64,000 nucleotides of DNA from Ruminococcus sp. (GTDB lineage: Bacteria > Bacillota > Clostridia > Oscillospirales > Ruminococcaceae). The position numbers were made by a program, and so were the translations under genes. Of the stretch, positions 38,324 through 47,775 are shown piece after piece (position 1 is the stretch's first letter; each line of letters begins with the position of its first letter). Location of the stretch: the NCBI GenBank assembly GCA_015066845.1, contig SVNO01000002.1, positions 18,351 to 82,350 of the forward strand, given 5' to 3'. The notes under the pieces were generated by a model, which saw only the letters and a program-made list of their open reading frames with translations, did no database searches and had not been told where the DNA came from.

Positions 38324-39390
38324 AGCAGCGGCTCTCACGCCTGATGCAGGCGATACAGGGAAAGGCAGACTGTGCCCTCATCTGTGACGACATCAACCGC
38401 CGTTACCTGACGGGCATGAAATCCTCTGCCGGTACGCTGCTGGTTTTTCCGGAGCAGGCATACCTGCTGATTGATTTCCGCTATATTGAGAAAGCGCGTG
38501 AAGTGGTAACGCACTGTGAGGTCATTGAGCAGCACTCGCTGTACAATCAGATCGCAGAGCTTCTGGAGTACCACGGCGCAAAATGCATTGCTCTCGAAGC
38601 ACGGAGTCTCACCCTGCGCCAGCACAGCATCATGGCGCAGAAATTAGAAGGGGTGGAATTGCTCACCGATGACACGCTCAGCAAGGCTCTCTACGACCTG
38701 CGTACGGTCAAGACAGTGCAGGAGGTGGAGAAGATTCGGGCGGCACAGGAGCTTGCAGAGAACGCACTGGAGGCACTCCTGCACGAGCTTCATGCCGGCA
38801 TGACCGAGCGTGAAGCGGCTCTGATGCTGGATTTCCACATGCGCCGCAATGGTGCGGAGGATCTGTCCTTCGACACGATTGCTCTCACGGGTGCGCATAC
38901 GTCCATGCCCCATGGTGTGCCGGACGACAGAGAGATTTGCAGCGGTGATTTTGTCCTGCTGGATTTCGGCGCGGTGGTCGATGGTTACCACAGCGACATG
39001 ACGCGTACCGTCTGTGTGGGTGAACCGACACGGGAAATGCAGCTAATCTACGACACGGTGCTCCGTGCACAGGAGAGCGCACTTGCCGGTGCGCGCGCAG
39101 GTATTACGGGTGAGGAGCTTGACAAGCTCGCGCGTGATGTGATTGAACAGGCAGGCTATGGCGAATGCTTCGGGCATTCCCTCGGACATGGCGTGGGCAT
39201 GGAAATTCATGAATTCCCGCTGGCAAGTCCGAATTACTGCGAACCGCTTGCCGCCGGACATATCGTAACCATTGAACCGGGCATTTATCTGGCTGGCAGA
39301 TTCGGTGTTCGCATTGAAGATTTCGTGCATATTAACGAAAATGGATGTGAAAATTTGACGAAGTTCACAAAGAAATTGATATGCCTGTAA
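38320..39390 (+). CDS. M24-family Xaa-Pro aminopeptidase
   Basis: Creatinase-like N domain plus pita-bread metal ligands (DFGAVVDGYHSDMTRT, HSLGHGVGMEIHE, VTIEPGIY, RIED). The ATG overlaps the aroQ stop. Confidence 0.9.
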   Translation: MKQRLSRLMQAIQGKADCALICDDINRRYLTGMKSSAGTLLVFPEQAYLLIDFRYIEKAREVVTHCEVIEQHSLYNQIAELLEYHGAKCIALEARSLTLRQHSIMAQKLEGVELLTDDTLSKALYDLRTVKTVQEVEKIRAAQELAENALEALLHELHAGMTEREAALMLDFHMRRNGAEDLSFDTIALTGAHTSMPHGVPDDREICSGDFVLLDFGAVVDGYHSDMTRTVCVGEPTREMQLIYDTVLRAQESALAGARAGITGEELDKLARDVIEQAGYGECFGHSLGHGVGMEIHEFPLASPNYCEPLAAGHIVTIEPGIYLAGRFGVRIEDFVHINENGCENLTKFTKKLICL

Positions 39391-39406
39391 TATTTTCAAA
39401 TTTCTA

Positions 39407-39435
39407 TTGAAAAAAAAACAGTTTTAGTGTAAAAT
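39407..39435 (+). promoter_or_regulatory. Candidate promoter of efp (TTGAAA-17-TAAAAT)
   Basis: Hexamers at 39407-39412 and 39430-39435. Confidence 0.55.
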
Positions 39436-39512
39436 ATATATATGAGTGTCCGGTACATCTCTGCAACATGGCGATGTATCGGGAAGTAATGAATTTACGG
39501 AGGTTTATATTT

Positions 39513-40070
39513 ATGATTACAGCAGGCGATTTCAGAAACGGTGTTACATTTGAGATGGACGGCAACGTTGTACAGGTTGTAGAATTCCAGCATGTAAAGC
39601 CGGGTAAAGGTGCCGCATTTGTAAGAACCAAGTTCAAGAACGTGATTACAGGCGCAGTCGTAGAGCGTTCTTTCAACCCGACAGAAAAGTTCCCGACCGC
39701 ATTCATCGAGCGCAAGGATATGCAGTACCTCTATGAGGACGGCGGTTTGTACTACTTCATGGACGTTGAAACCTATGAGCAGCTTCCGATTGAGGCTGAT
39801 AAGCTCGGCGACAATTTCAAGTTTGTCAAGGAGAACATGGAAGTGAAGGTACTGTCCTACAAGGGCAATGTATTCGGTGTTGAGCCGCCCTACTTCGTAG
39901 AGCTGCAGATCACACAGACTGACCCCGGCTTCAAGGGCGATACTGCAACCAACGCAACCAAGCCTGCAATTCTGGAAACAGGCGCAGAAATCCGCGTACC
40001 GCTGTTCATTGACGAAGGTGACATGATTCGTATCGACACCAGAACCGGCGAGTACATGGAGCGCGCATAA
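39513..40070 (+). CDS. efp: Elongation factor P
   Basis: [44 protein letters not shown]. Confidence 0.96.
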   Translation: MITAGDFRNGVTFEMDGNVVQVVEFQHVKPGKGAAFVRTKFKNVITGAVVERSFNPTEKFPTAFIERKDMQYLYEDGGLYYFMDVETYEQLPIEADKLGDNFKFVKENMEVKVLSYKGNVFGVEPPYFVELQITQTDPGFKGDTATNATKPAILETGAEIRVPLFIDEGDMIRIDTRTGEYMERA

Positions 40071-40126
40071 GCCAAGGGAACTTTTCAAAGTTCCTACATA
40101 ACATTCCGAAAGGAAGGGGAAACGGT

Positions 40127-40582
40127 ATGGATAAGATTTCTTACCTGAAGGGCCTGCTTGCAGGACTGGATATTGACGCAGCATCCAAGGAGGGCAAGGT
40201 GTTTTATGCACTTTGTGACGCGCTTGATGAAATGAGAGCATATACTGAGGAGCTGGAAGACCGCATCATGGAGCTGGAAGAGCTTTGCGACATTCTGGAT
40301 GAAGATCTGGGTGACGTTGAGGAGCTGCTTCTGGATGATGAGGACGACTGCGACGGCTGTGACCTTTGTTCCGCTGACGCAGCACTGGACGACGAGGACT
40401 TCGAGGAGCAGTATGAAACCATCTGCCCGACCTGCGGCAATTGCATTGTACTCGATGAGGGTACACTTGAGGAGGGTGAAACTACCTGTCCGAACTGCGG
40501 CGAGGAGCTGGAATTCGATTTCGATGAACTCGACCTTGAAGAACTTGATTCTCTGGATGGAGAAGCACAGGAAGAAGAATAA
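40127..40582 (+). CDS. Highly acidic zinc-ribbon protein conserved downstream of efp in Clostridia (function unknown)
   Basis: The motif is CPTCGNCIVLDEGTLEEGETTCPNCGEEL (CxxC...CxxC). Long D/E tracts; GGAAGGGGA RBS. Confidence 0.7.
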   Translation: MDKISYLKGLLAGLDIDAASKEGKVFYALCDALDEMRAYTEELEDRIMELEELCDILDEDLGDVEELLLDDEDDCDGCDLCSADAALDDEDFEEQYETICPTCGNCIVLDEGTLEEGETTCPNCGEELEFDFDELDLEELDSLDGEAQEEE

Positions 40583-40640
40583 CGTCATTTTGCCCCACCT
40601 GCGGTGGGGCAAATCATATACCTACGAATGGAGGAAGCAT

Positions 40641-41147
40641 ATGGCATTTGTAAAAAAGGAACTGCATGAACTGGGGATCGACCCGTTCCAGACCATTGGC
40701 AATGACTGGTTTCTGCTGACAGCCGGTACACCGGAGGATTACAACACCATGACCGCTTCATGGGGTGCGATGGGAGTTATCTGGGGCGGCCCTGCCATGA
40801 CAGCCGTTGTGCGCACATCGCGCCACACGTTCGGCTACATGGAGGAGAACGATGTATTTACTGTCTGCGTATTCCCTGACGCACAGCGCAAGGCATTGCA
40901 ATACTGCGGTTCACATTCCGGCAGGGATGTGGATAAGGCAAAAGAAACCGGACTGACACCGGTTGCATTGGATGGTTCGACTGCATTTGCCGAAGCACGG
41001 CTTGTTCTTGTCTGCGAGAAGATGTATGCGCAGATGATGGGGGAGGAGCACTTCACCCAGCCGGAGCTTTGTGAAAAGTGGTACGGCAGCGACCCCATGC
41101 ACAAGATGTTTATCGGCAGAATCAAGGCTGCCTATGTACAGGAATGA
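40641..41147 (+). CDS. Flavin reductase-like (FMN-binding split-barrel) protein
   Basis: NDWFLLTAGTPEDYNTMTASWGAMGVIWGGPAMTAVVRTSRHT...GSHSGRDVDK. The ATG at 40641 follows GGAGGAAG. The ORF-track start at 40299 overlaps the preceding gene. Confidence 0.8.
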   Translation: MAFVKKELHELGIDPFQTIGNDWFLLTAGTPEDYNTMTASWGAMGVIWGGPAMTAVVRTSRHTFGYMEENDVFTVCVFPDAQRKALQYCGSHSGRDVDKAKETGLTPVALDGSTAFAEARLVLVCEKMYAQMMGEEHFTQPELCEKWYGSDPMHKMFIGRIKAAYVQE

Positions 41148-41155
41148 TGCCAAAA

Positions 41156-41182
41156 AGCCTGCGTCACCGCGCAGGCTTTTTC
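41156..41182 (+). terminator. Intrinsic terminator after the flavin reductase gene
   Basis: Stem AGCCTGCG/CGCAGGCT followed by TTTTT. Confidence 0.75.
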
Positions 41183-41199
41183 TGAAAGGAGGGAATAGA

Positions 41200-41370
41200 A
41201 TGAACGATTGTGAAACCTGCGCATATTATTACTACGATGAGGAATGGCAGGACTATGTCTGCGAGCGCGACCTTGACGAAGATGAATATGCAAGATTTTT
41301 ACAGGGACAGTACAAAGAATGTCCGTACTACCGTGATGGTGATGACTACAAAATCGCAAGCAAGCAGTAA
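41200..41370 (+). CDS. Small Cys-containing acidic protein (56 aa), function unknown
   Basis: MNDCETCAYYYYDEEWQDYVCERDLDEDEYARFLQGQYKECPYYRDGDDYKIASKQ; AGGAGGG RBS. The pattern recalls small DUF-type proteins of Clostridia. Confidence 0.6.
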   Translation: MNDCETCAYYYYDEEWQDYVCERDLDEDEYARFLQGQYKECPYYRDGDDYKIASKQ

Positions 41371-41554
41371 TGCCAGTTTTTGCTGCCTCTGTACCGGATT
41401 GCCATAAACATGCACGAAAAACAGGCAATGCAACCTGAAATTGACAGAAAAAAACTGAAACGCAACATGAAATTGGTTCACTTTACATGGCGGATATGGT
41501 ATCATAAGGGTGCTGGCAGCGACAAACTACATCATTAAACGGAGGTACATAACA

Positions 41555-42469
41555 ATGACAACTGGTGAAAATATTCAATTTTTAAGAAAGCGTGACGGCT
41601 ATACGCAGGAGGGCTTTGCGGAGAAGATGGGCGTATCCCGACAGACCATTTCCAAGTGGGAATCGGACTCGTGTTATCCGGAGATGGACAAACTCGTGCT
41701 GATGTGCGAGATGTTCCACTGCAAGCTTGACGACCTCGTGCGCGGTGACGTACAGATGGAACGTGCCAAGGATACCGCAGGCTATGACGCACATATGAAC
41801 ACGTTTACAAAGAAGATTACGGTGGGCGTGGTACTCGTAATGCTTGGTGTGTGCGCAATGCTGTTCGCGTTGGCATTGGGCATTCCGGAACCGGCAACAA
41901 TCCTGCCGCTGCTGGTGTTCATCGCTGTTTCGCTTATATTCTTCATCAGCGGCGGCATTGAGCATGACCATTTTGTCAAGAAGCATCCCGAAATCTTACC
42001 GTTCTATGATGACGAAGAGCTTGACGCATTCCGCAAGAAATTTGCACTTGCCATTTCCATCGGCATTGCCCTGATTCTTCTGGGCGTGATCGTTCTTATC
42101 GGCGGTACAGCCGTGATTGGGGAAAGTACACTCGATGTCAACGGTAGAATTGCAGGTGCATTGACAGGTACAATGCTGCTGTTCATCACTGCCGGAACCG
42201 GCACACTGGTGTATGCCGGTATGCAGAATGCAAAGTACGATGTGCAGGAGTACAATTCCGAGAACAAGCACGAAAAAACCAAGGTAGGTCAGATTTCGGA
42301 TACCATCTGCGGGTGCACTATGCTGCTCGCAACGATAGTTTTCCTGCTCTGGAGCTTTCTGGGGGACAGTTGGGAAATTTCATGGATTGTATTTCCCGTT
42401 GGCGGACTTCTCTGCGCTGTGACATCCACGATCTGCAAGTTGATGGAGAAACAAGCGGAAACAGAATAA
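41555..42469 (+). CDS. XRE-family HTH protein fused to a polytopic membrane domain
   Basis: ENIQFLRKRDGYTQEGFAEKMGVSRQTISKWESDSCYPEMDKLVLMCEMF (Cro/C1 HTH) followed by about 5 hydrophobic spans. Confidence 0.8.
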   Translation: MTTGENIQFLRKRDGYTQEGFAEKMGVSRQTISKWESDSCYPEMDKLVLMCEMFHCKLDDLVRGDVQMERAKDTAGYDAHMNTFTKKITVGVVLVMLGVCAMLFALALGIPEPATILPLLVFIAVSLIFFISGGIEHDHFVKKHPEILPFYDDEELDAFRKKFALAISIGIALILLGVIVLIGGTAVIGESTLDVNGRIAGALTGTMLLFITAGTGTLVYAGMQNAKYDVQEYNSENKHEKTKVGQISDTICGCTMLLATIVFLLWSFLGDSWEISWIVFPVGGLLCAVTSTICKLMEKQAETE

Positions 42470-42472
42470 AGG

Positions 42473-42505
42473 AAAAACCCCTGCTTCACTAAGAGCAGGG
42501 GTTCT
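42473..42505. terminator. Convergent terminator hairpin between the HTH-membrane gene and the lipoprotein gene
   Basis: Stem CCCCTGCT/AGCAGGGG. The A-run on the plus strand gives a T-run for the minus-strand gene. Confidence 0.65.
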
Positions 42506-42515
42506 CTGTATAGTA

Positions 42516-43220
42516 TTACATTCCCGAAACCGTGAATGTCACTTCCATCGTTGTCCAACTGCTGAAAGTAATCGGTTCAACGATCTTCGGCGCGTATGCA
42601 TCCACATCCGACAGTGCAGGGGTGGCAGGGTTGTTGTCCTTGTAAAGTGCACCCTCGGCAGACCTTGCGTCAACTGCCGGCGATTTTGCTGCGGCATTGT
42701 ACACATTGCAGTGCAGGCTGCCGTCCACCGTGGTGGTATAGCTCTTGGCTGTCAGCTCCTTTTTCTCGCCGTCAAGCGTGACGCTGTCAATCGTAATCAC
42801 TGCGTTCGGGCAGGCAGTTGCGCCGTCTTTGATGACAACAGCAGTCACAGAACAGCCACTCGGTGTGTAGATACCATCCTCCTTGCCTGTTACAGAATAA
42901 CGAAATTCCGGCGTATCCGCAGTCAGGCTGACAGTGTACTGTCCGTTGCCGTCAATCGTCACCACTTCCGCAGAGTAGGCAAGCATGGAGCTGTCCGTGC
43001 CGTCATAGGAGATCCAGTCCTGTGAATCGCGGAACAGCAAGTATGCCTGACCGGACTGTGCAGCAACGGGCTTTGCTGCAGCTTCCGTTGCCTGTTCGGT
43101 CGCTTCCTCTGCACTGGAATTGTTCATGGACTTGTCGTTCTTCGCTTTTCCGCAGGCTGTCCATGTGCCGCAGAGCATCACGACCGCCGCCAGAATGGCA
43201 ATGTTCTTTGTGTTCTTCAT
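42516..43220 (-). CDS. Putative lipoprotein, function unknown
   Basis: MKNTKNIAILAAVVMLCGTWTACGK (signal peptide with lipobox-like TAC); 26 nt downstream of the ABC-F gene. Confidence 0.65.
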   Translation of the reverse strand: MKNTKNIAILAAVVMLCGTWTACGKAKNDKSMNNSSAEEATEQATEAAAKPVAAQSGQAYLLFRDSQDWISYDGTDSSMLAYSAEVVTIDGNGQYTVSLTADTPEFRYSVTGKEDGIYTPSGCSVTAVVIKDGATACPNAVITIDSVTLDGEKKELTAKSYTTTVDGSLHCNVYNAAAKSPAVDARSAEGALYKDNNPATPALSDVDAYAPKIVEPITFSSWTTMEVTFTVSGM

Positions 43221-43246
43221 ATTCATACCTCGTTTCTGTAAGTGAT

Positions 43247-45166
43247 TCAGGCTTCTTCCAGCTCGCAAAGCTCCAGAAAGCATTCCTCCGAATGCAGCTT
43301 TGCCTGTTCAAGCTGGTCGCAAACCTCATGCATTTTCTGATAATCCGTGCAGATTTCCGGCAGCGTCAGCTGTTCTTCCAGTTCTGCAATGCGCATGTCA
43401 AGTTGTTCGATCTCCTGCTCCAGTTCCCTCATGCGGTTGCGCCTTGCCGCGTCCGCACTTCTCTGCGCCTTGGAACGATGGGATACTGCCGCCTTTGGCT
43501 TTGCCTGTACAGCCGCCTGCTGTGCCGCCGCTGCAAGGGCTTTTGCCTTTGCCTTTTCCTCCAGATATTGCTCAAATCCGAACGGATGGAGAATTGCCCC
43601 CGTTTCCGTCAGCTCTAAAATCTGCGTAGCAAGCCGTTTGAGGAAGTAGCGATCATGGGACACAAACAGCAGCGTACCCGTGTACGCGTCCAATGCCTCC
43701 TCCAGTACCTCTTTCATGGGCAGGTCAATGTGGTTGGTCGGTTCGTCAAGTAGCATCACATTGGCGTGTTCCAGCATCAGCAGTGCAAAACACAGCCTTG
43801 CACGTTCGCCGCCGCTGAGGGCGGATACACGCTTGAATACATTCTCTCCCGTAATGCGTACCTGTCCCAGAATACTGCGGATTTCGCCGTCCAGCATCGC
43901 CGGAAACCGGTCGTGCAGCTCGTCCATCACCGTGTTGTCAGGGTTGAGATTTGTGCTCTCCTGGTCAAAATAGGCAAGTTTGACATTCTTGTTGAACCGT
44001 ATCACGCCCTGATGGGGGAGAATGTTGAGAATTTCCTTGAGCAGCGTGGATTTGCCAATACCGTTGACACCTACAATGCCCAGCTTTTCGCCCCTGCGCA
44101 CAAGGAAAGAAATGTGTTCGAGCAAGGTTTTCCTGTCCATGCCCTCGCCCACGCTGATGTCCGCGTCGCGTACCTCCAGTACCTCCTGCGGCGGTTCAAC
44201 CTCGTAGGAAAACCGCAGGATTGCGCGTTTTTCATGCGTAATGGGCTTTTCAATGCGCTCCATCTTCTCCAGCTGTTTCCGGCGGCTCTGTGCACTTTTC
44301 GTGGTGGACGCGCGTACAAGATTACGCGCTACATAATCCTCCAGCTTGGCGATTTCTTTCTGCTGGAGTGCATATTCCTTTTCCTGACGCTCCACCGCCG
44401 CCGCCTTGAGTACCGTGAATGCGGAATAATTGCCCTTATATCGGGTTAATTTTCCGCGCTCAATCTCACAGACGGACGTGCACAACTTGTCCAGAAAGTA
44501 CCGGTCATGGGATACAATCAGCAGCGCGCCCTTGTAGCTCTGCAAATACTCCTCCAGCCATTGGATGGTTTCAAAATCCAGATGGTTGGTCGGTTCGTCC
44601 AGAATCAGGAGATTCGGGGCTTCCAGCAGCAGACGCGTAATGGCAAGGCGCGTTTTCTCTCCGCCGCTGAAGCTTGACACAATGCGGTGAAAATCAGGCT
44701 CCGTAAAGCCCATACCATGGAGTACCGTTTTGATTTTCACGTCAATCTGGTAGCCGTCATTTGCCTCAAACCATGCCGTCATGCGGTTGTATTCCTCCGC
44801 GACCTCCATACTTCCGCCCTGCATCTGAAGCTCCGCTTCACGCATTTTTTCCTGTGTTTCGAGTAATTTGGAAAAGACGCTGCGCATTTCCTCCCAGACC
44901 GTCTTTTCAGAATCCAGTGCCGCCGACTGTGCCAGATACCCCACCGAGGTCTTTGCACCGCGTACCAGAATACCCTCCTCCTCCGTTTCACGGTCAGGGA
45001 GCAGCTCGCCGAGAAGAATTTTAAGCAGTGTGGATTTTCCACAGCCATTTGCACCAATCAGACCAATTCTGTCCTGGTCGTCAATTTGCAGGCAGACATC
45101 GGAAAACAGCGGCTCGCCGTTGAAAATTTTGTGGATATGTTCTGCTTTCAAAAGCATAGCTGTCAC
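43247..45166 (-). CDS. ABC-F family ATPase (two ABC domains, no TM, C-terminal coiled coil)
   Basis: GANGCGKST / LSGGEKTR / LILDEPTNHLD and GVNGIGKST / LSGGERAR / MLLDEPTNHID, plus an inter-domain linker. Confidence 0.92.
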   Translation of the reverse strand: MTAMLLKAEHIHKIFNGEPLFSDVCLQIDDQDRIGLIGANGCGKSTLLKILLGELLPDRETEEEGILVRGAKTSVGYLAQSAALDSEKTVWEEMRSVFSKLLETQEKMREAELQMQGGSMEVAEEYNRMTAWFEANDGYQIDVKIKTVLHGMGFTEPDFHRIVSSFSGGEKTRLAITRLLLEAPNLLILDEPTNHLDFETIQWLEEYLQSYKGALLIVSHDRYFLDKLCTSVCEIERGKLTRYKGNYSAFTVLKAAAVERQEKEYALQQKEIAKLEDYVARNLVRASTTKSAQSRRKQLEKMERIEKPITHEKRAILRFSYEVEPPQEVLEVRDADISVGEGMDRKTLLEHISFLVRRGEKLGIVGVNGIGKSTLLKEILNILPHQGVIRFNKNVKLAYFDQESTNLNPDNTVMDELHDRFPAMLDGEIRSILGQVRITGENVFKRVSALSGGERARLCFALLMLEHANVMLLDEPTNHIDLPMKEVLEEALDAYTGTLLFVSHDRYFLKRLATQILELTETGAILHPFGFEQYLEEKAKAKALAAAAQQAAVQAKPKAAVSHRSKAQRSADAARRNRMRELEQEIEQLDMRIAELEEQLTLPEICTDYQKMHEVCDQLEQAKLHSEECFLELCELEEA

Positions 45167-45266
45167 CTCTCATTCGCAGCAGCAGGGAATCCCCCCTGCG
45201 CTGCACAGTTCCATTCCTTAATTATAACAGGAAATCTGCCTTTTGTCAAATCTTTGCGAAAACCCA

Positions 45267-45295
45267 TTGACTTTCCGCGAAAAATCCTCTATAAT
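45267..45295 (+). promoter_or_regulatory. Promoter of the pyridoxal kinase gene (TTGACT-17-TATAAT)
   Basis: Hexamers at 45267-45272 and 45290-45295. Confidence 0.7.
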
Positions 45296-45331
45296 GGTAA
45301 AGGCAGCACGAAAGGACAAAGGAGATTGGCT

Positions 45332-46168
45332 ATGAAACGAATACTGACCATTCAGGATATTTCCTGCATCGGGAAATGCTCCGTCACCGCGGCATTGCCC
45401 ATTCTGTCCGTCATGGGCATTGAAACGGCAATCCTGCCGACAGCGGTGCTCTCTGCGCATACGGCTTTTGCAAGCTATACCTTTCACGACCTGACAAGCG
45501 AAATGCCTGCCATCATCGCCGACTGGAAAGCGCAGGGGATTACTTTTGACGCGATTTATACGGGCTATCTCGGCTCTATTGCGCAGGTTTCCATTGTCGA
45601 ATCCCTGCTTTCGCAGTTCCGCACAGAAGATACCCTCCTGTTCGTAGACCCCGTTCTGGGTGATTTCGGGCGGCTCTACAGCGGTTTTTCCATGGATTTT
45701 CCGCATCATATGAAACGCCTGTGCAAGGCGGCTGATGTCATTGTCCCCAATCTCACCGAAGCTTGCTGTATGCTCGACATTCCTTACCCTGACGATGGCT
45801 ACACGGATACAGAAATCTGTCGTATTCTCCAAGGACTTGCAGGATTTGGCGCAAAACAGGTGATTCTTACCGGTGTCAGCTTTGCCGATGACAGCGTGGG
45901 CTTCATGGGCTATGACGCAGTACGTTCGGAATACTTTTCCTATTTTCACCAGAAATTCCCCCAGCAGTTCCATGGTACGGGCGATGTGTTCGCAAGTACC
46001 TGCGCCGGCGGACTGCTCCGCGGACTCTCTCTCGAAGCGTCCGCATGTCTTGCTGAGGATTTCACGCTCGAATGCATCCGCAAAACCTGCGCAGCTCCCG
46101 ATCAACGCTGGTACGGAGTCCATTACGAAGCGGCATTTCCGTTCCTCATACACCGCCTGTATCCATAA
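45332..46168 (+). CDS. pdxK: Pyridoxamine/pyridoxal kinase
   Basis: ILTIQDISCIGKCSVTAALPILSVMGIE...TGYLGS...DPVLGD...GTGDVFAS (ribokinase-fold PdxK/PdxY); AAGGAG RBS. Confidence 0.85.
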   Translation: MKRILTIQDISCIGKCSVTAALPILSVMGIETAILPTAVLSAHTAFASYTFHDLTSEMPAIIADWKAQGITFDAIYTGYLGSIAQVSIVESLLSQFRTEDTLLFVDPVLGDFGRLYSGFSMDFPHHMKRLCKAADVIVPNLTEACCMLDIPYPDDGYTDTEICRILQGLAGFGAKQVILTGVSFADDSVGFMGYDAVRSEYFSYFHQKFPQQFHGTGDVFASTCAGGLLRGLSLEASACLAEDFTLECIRKTCAAPDQRWYGVHYEAAFPFLIHRLYP

Positions 46169-46173
46169 TCCAC

Positions 46174-46204
46174 AGCCCTGACGGTCAGACCGCAGGGCTT
46201 TTTG
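46174..46204 (+). terminator. Intrinsic terminator after pdxK
   Basis: Stem AGCCCTG/CAGGGCT followed by TTTTTGT. Confidence 0.7.
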
Positions 46205-46266
46205 TATGGGGAAATGCCGATGCAGCGCAGGATTTGAAAAAAAATCAGAAAGTTTTCAGCAAGGTC

Positions 46267-46295
46267 TTGCAAAACCACGCGGAATGGTGTATAAT
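46267..46295 (+). promoter_or_regulatory. Promoter of the MBOAT operon (TTGCAA-17-TATAAT)
   Basis: Hexamers at 46267-46272 and 46290-46295. Confidence 0.7.
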
Positions 46296-46363
46296 AAAGG
46301 ATGTGGAATTTTGTCGAATGAATAGGATTCCGTGGATTAAAGATAGAATATGAGGCAATAAAA

Positions 46364-47764
46364 ATGATATTTTCAAGTTTGATTTTTCTGTATCTGTTCC
46401 TGCCCATTTGTCTGGGCAGCTACGGCGCAGCAAGAACAATGCGCGCCAAGAACATGGTACTGATTCTCTTTTCCCTGTTTTTTTACGCCTGGGGCGAGCC
46501 GGTGCGTATTCTCCTGCTGCTCCTGAGCGCGTTTCTCAATTATTTCTTTGGCATCGGGGTGCGAACTTATCAGGGAAAGGCAGCGAAAGCCATCCTTGGG
46601 GTAAGTATCGCATACAACCTCGGTATGATTGGGGTATTCAAATACAGTGGATTCCTTGTGGAAAACATCAATGCCATTTTTGGCGCAGGATTCCCTGTTC
46701 CTGAAATTGCCCAGCTGGTCGGCATCAGTTTCTACACGTTCCAGATTTTGTCCTATGTGGTGGACTGCTACTGGGAAAAGGTCGAACCGCAGCGCGATTT
46801 TATGAAGCTCCTGCTCTATGTATCACTCTTTCCGCAGCTCATTGCAGGCCCGATCGTGCGCTACAGCACCATCGCCGCAGAAATCGACCAGCGGCATACC
46901 ACCCTTGAGGACCTCAGCTGCGGATTGTCGCGTTTTATCATCGGTCTGTCGAAAAAAGTCATCCTTGCCGACCAGCTGTTCCGCATTGTGGACGATTTCC
47001 TCGGCGGTACGCCAGAATCCCTCTCCATTGTCGGAACATGGTATGGCGTGATACTCTATTCGCTCTACATTTACTTCGATTTTTCGGGCTATTCCGATAT
47101 GGCAATTGGTCTGGGAAGGATGTTCGGTTTCCATTTTGACGAGAATTTCCGCCACCCGTTCCTGTGCAAGGACATCACGGAATTCTGGCAAAGATGGCAT
47201 ATTTCCCTCGGCTCGTTCTTCCGCGATTATGTCCTGCCGCTGCCGGTATTCGGTCTGCGCAACAAGTACCTGAGCCTGTTCGTGGTATGGCTGTGTACGG
47301 GCATCTGGCACGGCGCAAGCTGGAATTATGTCCTCTGGGGCTTGTATTACGGCGCATTCATCATGCTTGAAGCATGGCTTGGCAAGAAGAAAATGCGCAG
47401 CATTCCGCTGCCTGTCCGCCACCTCTACAGCAAAATCGTCATTATCATCGGCTTTGGTATTTTCTACTTCGAGGACGGCAGCCAGCTGCTGCAATTCTTT
47501 CGCAATATCACGCTGTTCAATCCTAACGGCTTTCTGAGCACCATGGAGAAAATGTCGTTCTGCAACAATCTTTTCCTGATTATCGCAGCCATCATCTGCG
47601 TTTTCCCCATTCTCGAAATCCCGAAGAAAATCGCAGCCACATCACCGAGAGCCAAGAATGTTACCATGCTGCTCTCCACACTCACACAGGCGGCTTTGCT
47701 CATTACCAGCAGCATCCTGCTCGTGGATGCGACCACCAAAGCATTCCTGTACTATCGCTTTTAA
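46364..47764 (+). CDS. MBOAT-family membrane O-acyltransferase (DltB/AlgI-like)
   Basis: Polytopic membrane protein with the invariant His motif FWQRWHISLGSFFRDYV. Confidence 0.9.
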   Translation: MIFSSLIFLYLFLPICLGSYGAARTMRAKNMVLILFSLFFYAWGEPVRILLLLLSAFLNYFFGIGVRTYQGKAAKAILGVSIAYNLGMIGVFKYSGFLVENINAIFGAGFPVPEIAQLVGISFYTFQILSYVVDCYWEKVEPQRDFMKLLLYVSLFPQLIAGPIVRYSTIAAEIDQRHTTLEDLSCGLSRFIIGLSKKVILADQLFRIVDDFLGGTPESLSIVGTWYGVILYSLYIYFDFSGYSDMAIGLGRMFGFHFDENFRHPFLCKDITEFWQRWHISLGSFFRDYVLPLPVFGLRNKYLSLFVVWLCTGIWHGASWNYVLWGLYYGAFIMLEAWLGKKKMRSIPLPVRHLYSKIVIIIGFGIFYFEDGSQLLQFFRNITLFNPNGFLSTMEKMSFCNNLFLIIAAIICVFPILEIPKKIAATSPRAKNVTMLLSTLTQAALLITSSILLVDATTKAFLYYRF

Positions 47765-47775
47765 GGAGGAACTGA

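Noticed and set aside
40299-40640. A 114-codon N-terminal extension of the flavin reductase ORF that overlaps the acidic zinc-ribbon gene.
   Set aside because: It is the out-of-frame read-through of the D/E-rich gene. The flavin reductase homology begins at the ATG at 40641, which has a GGAGGAAG RBS.
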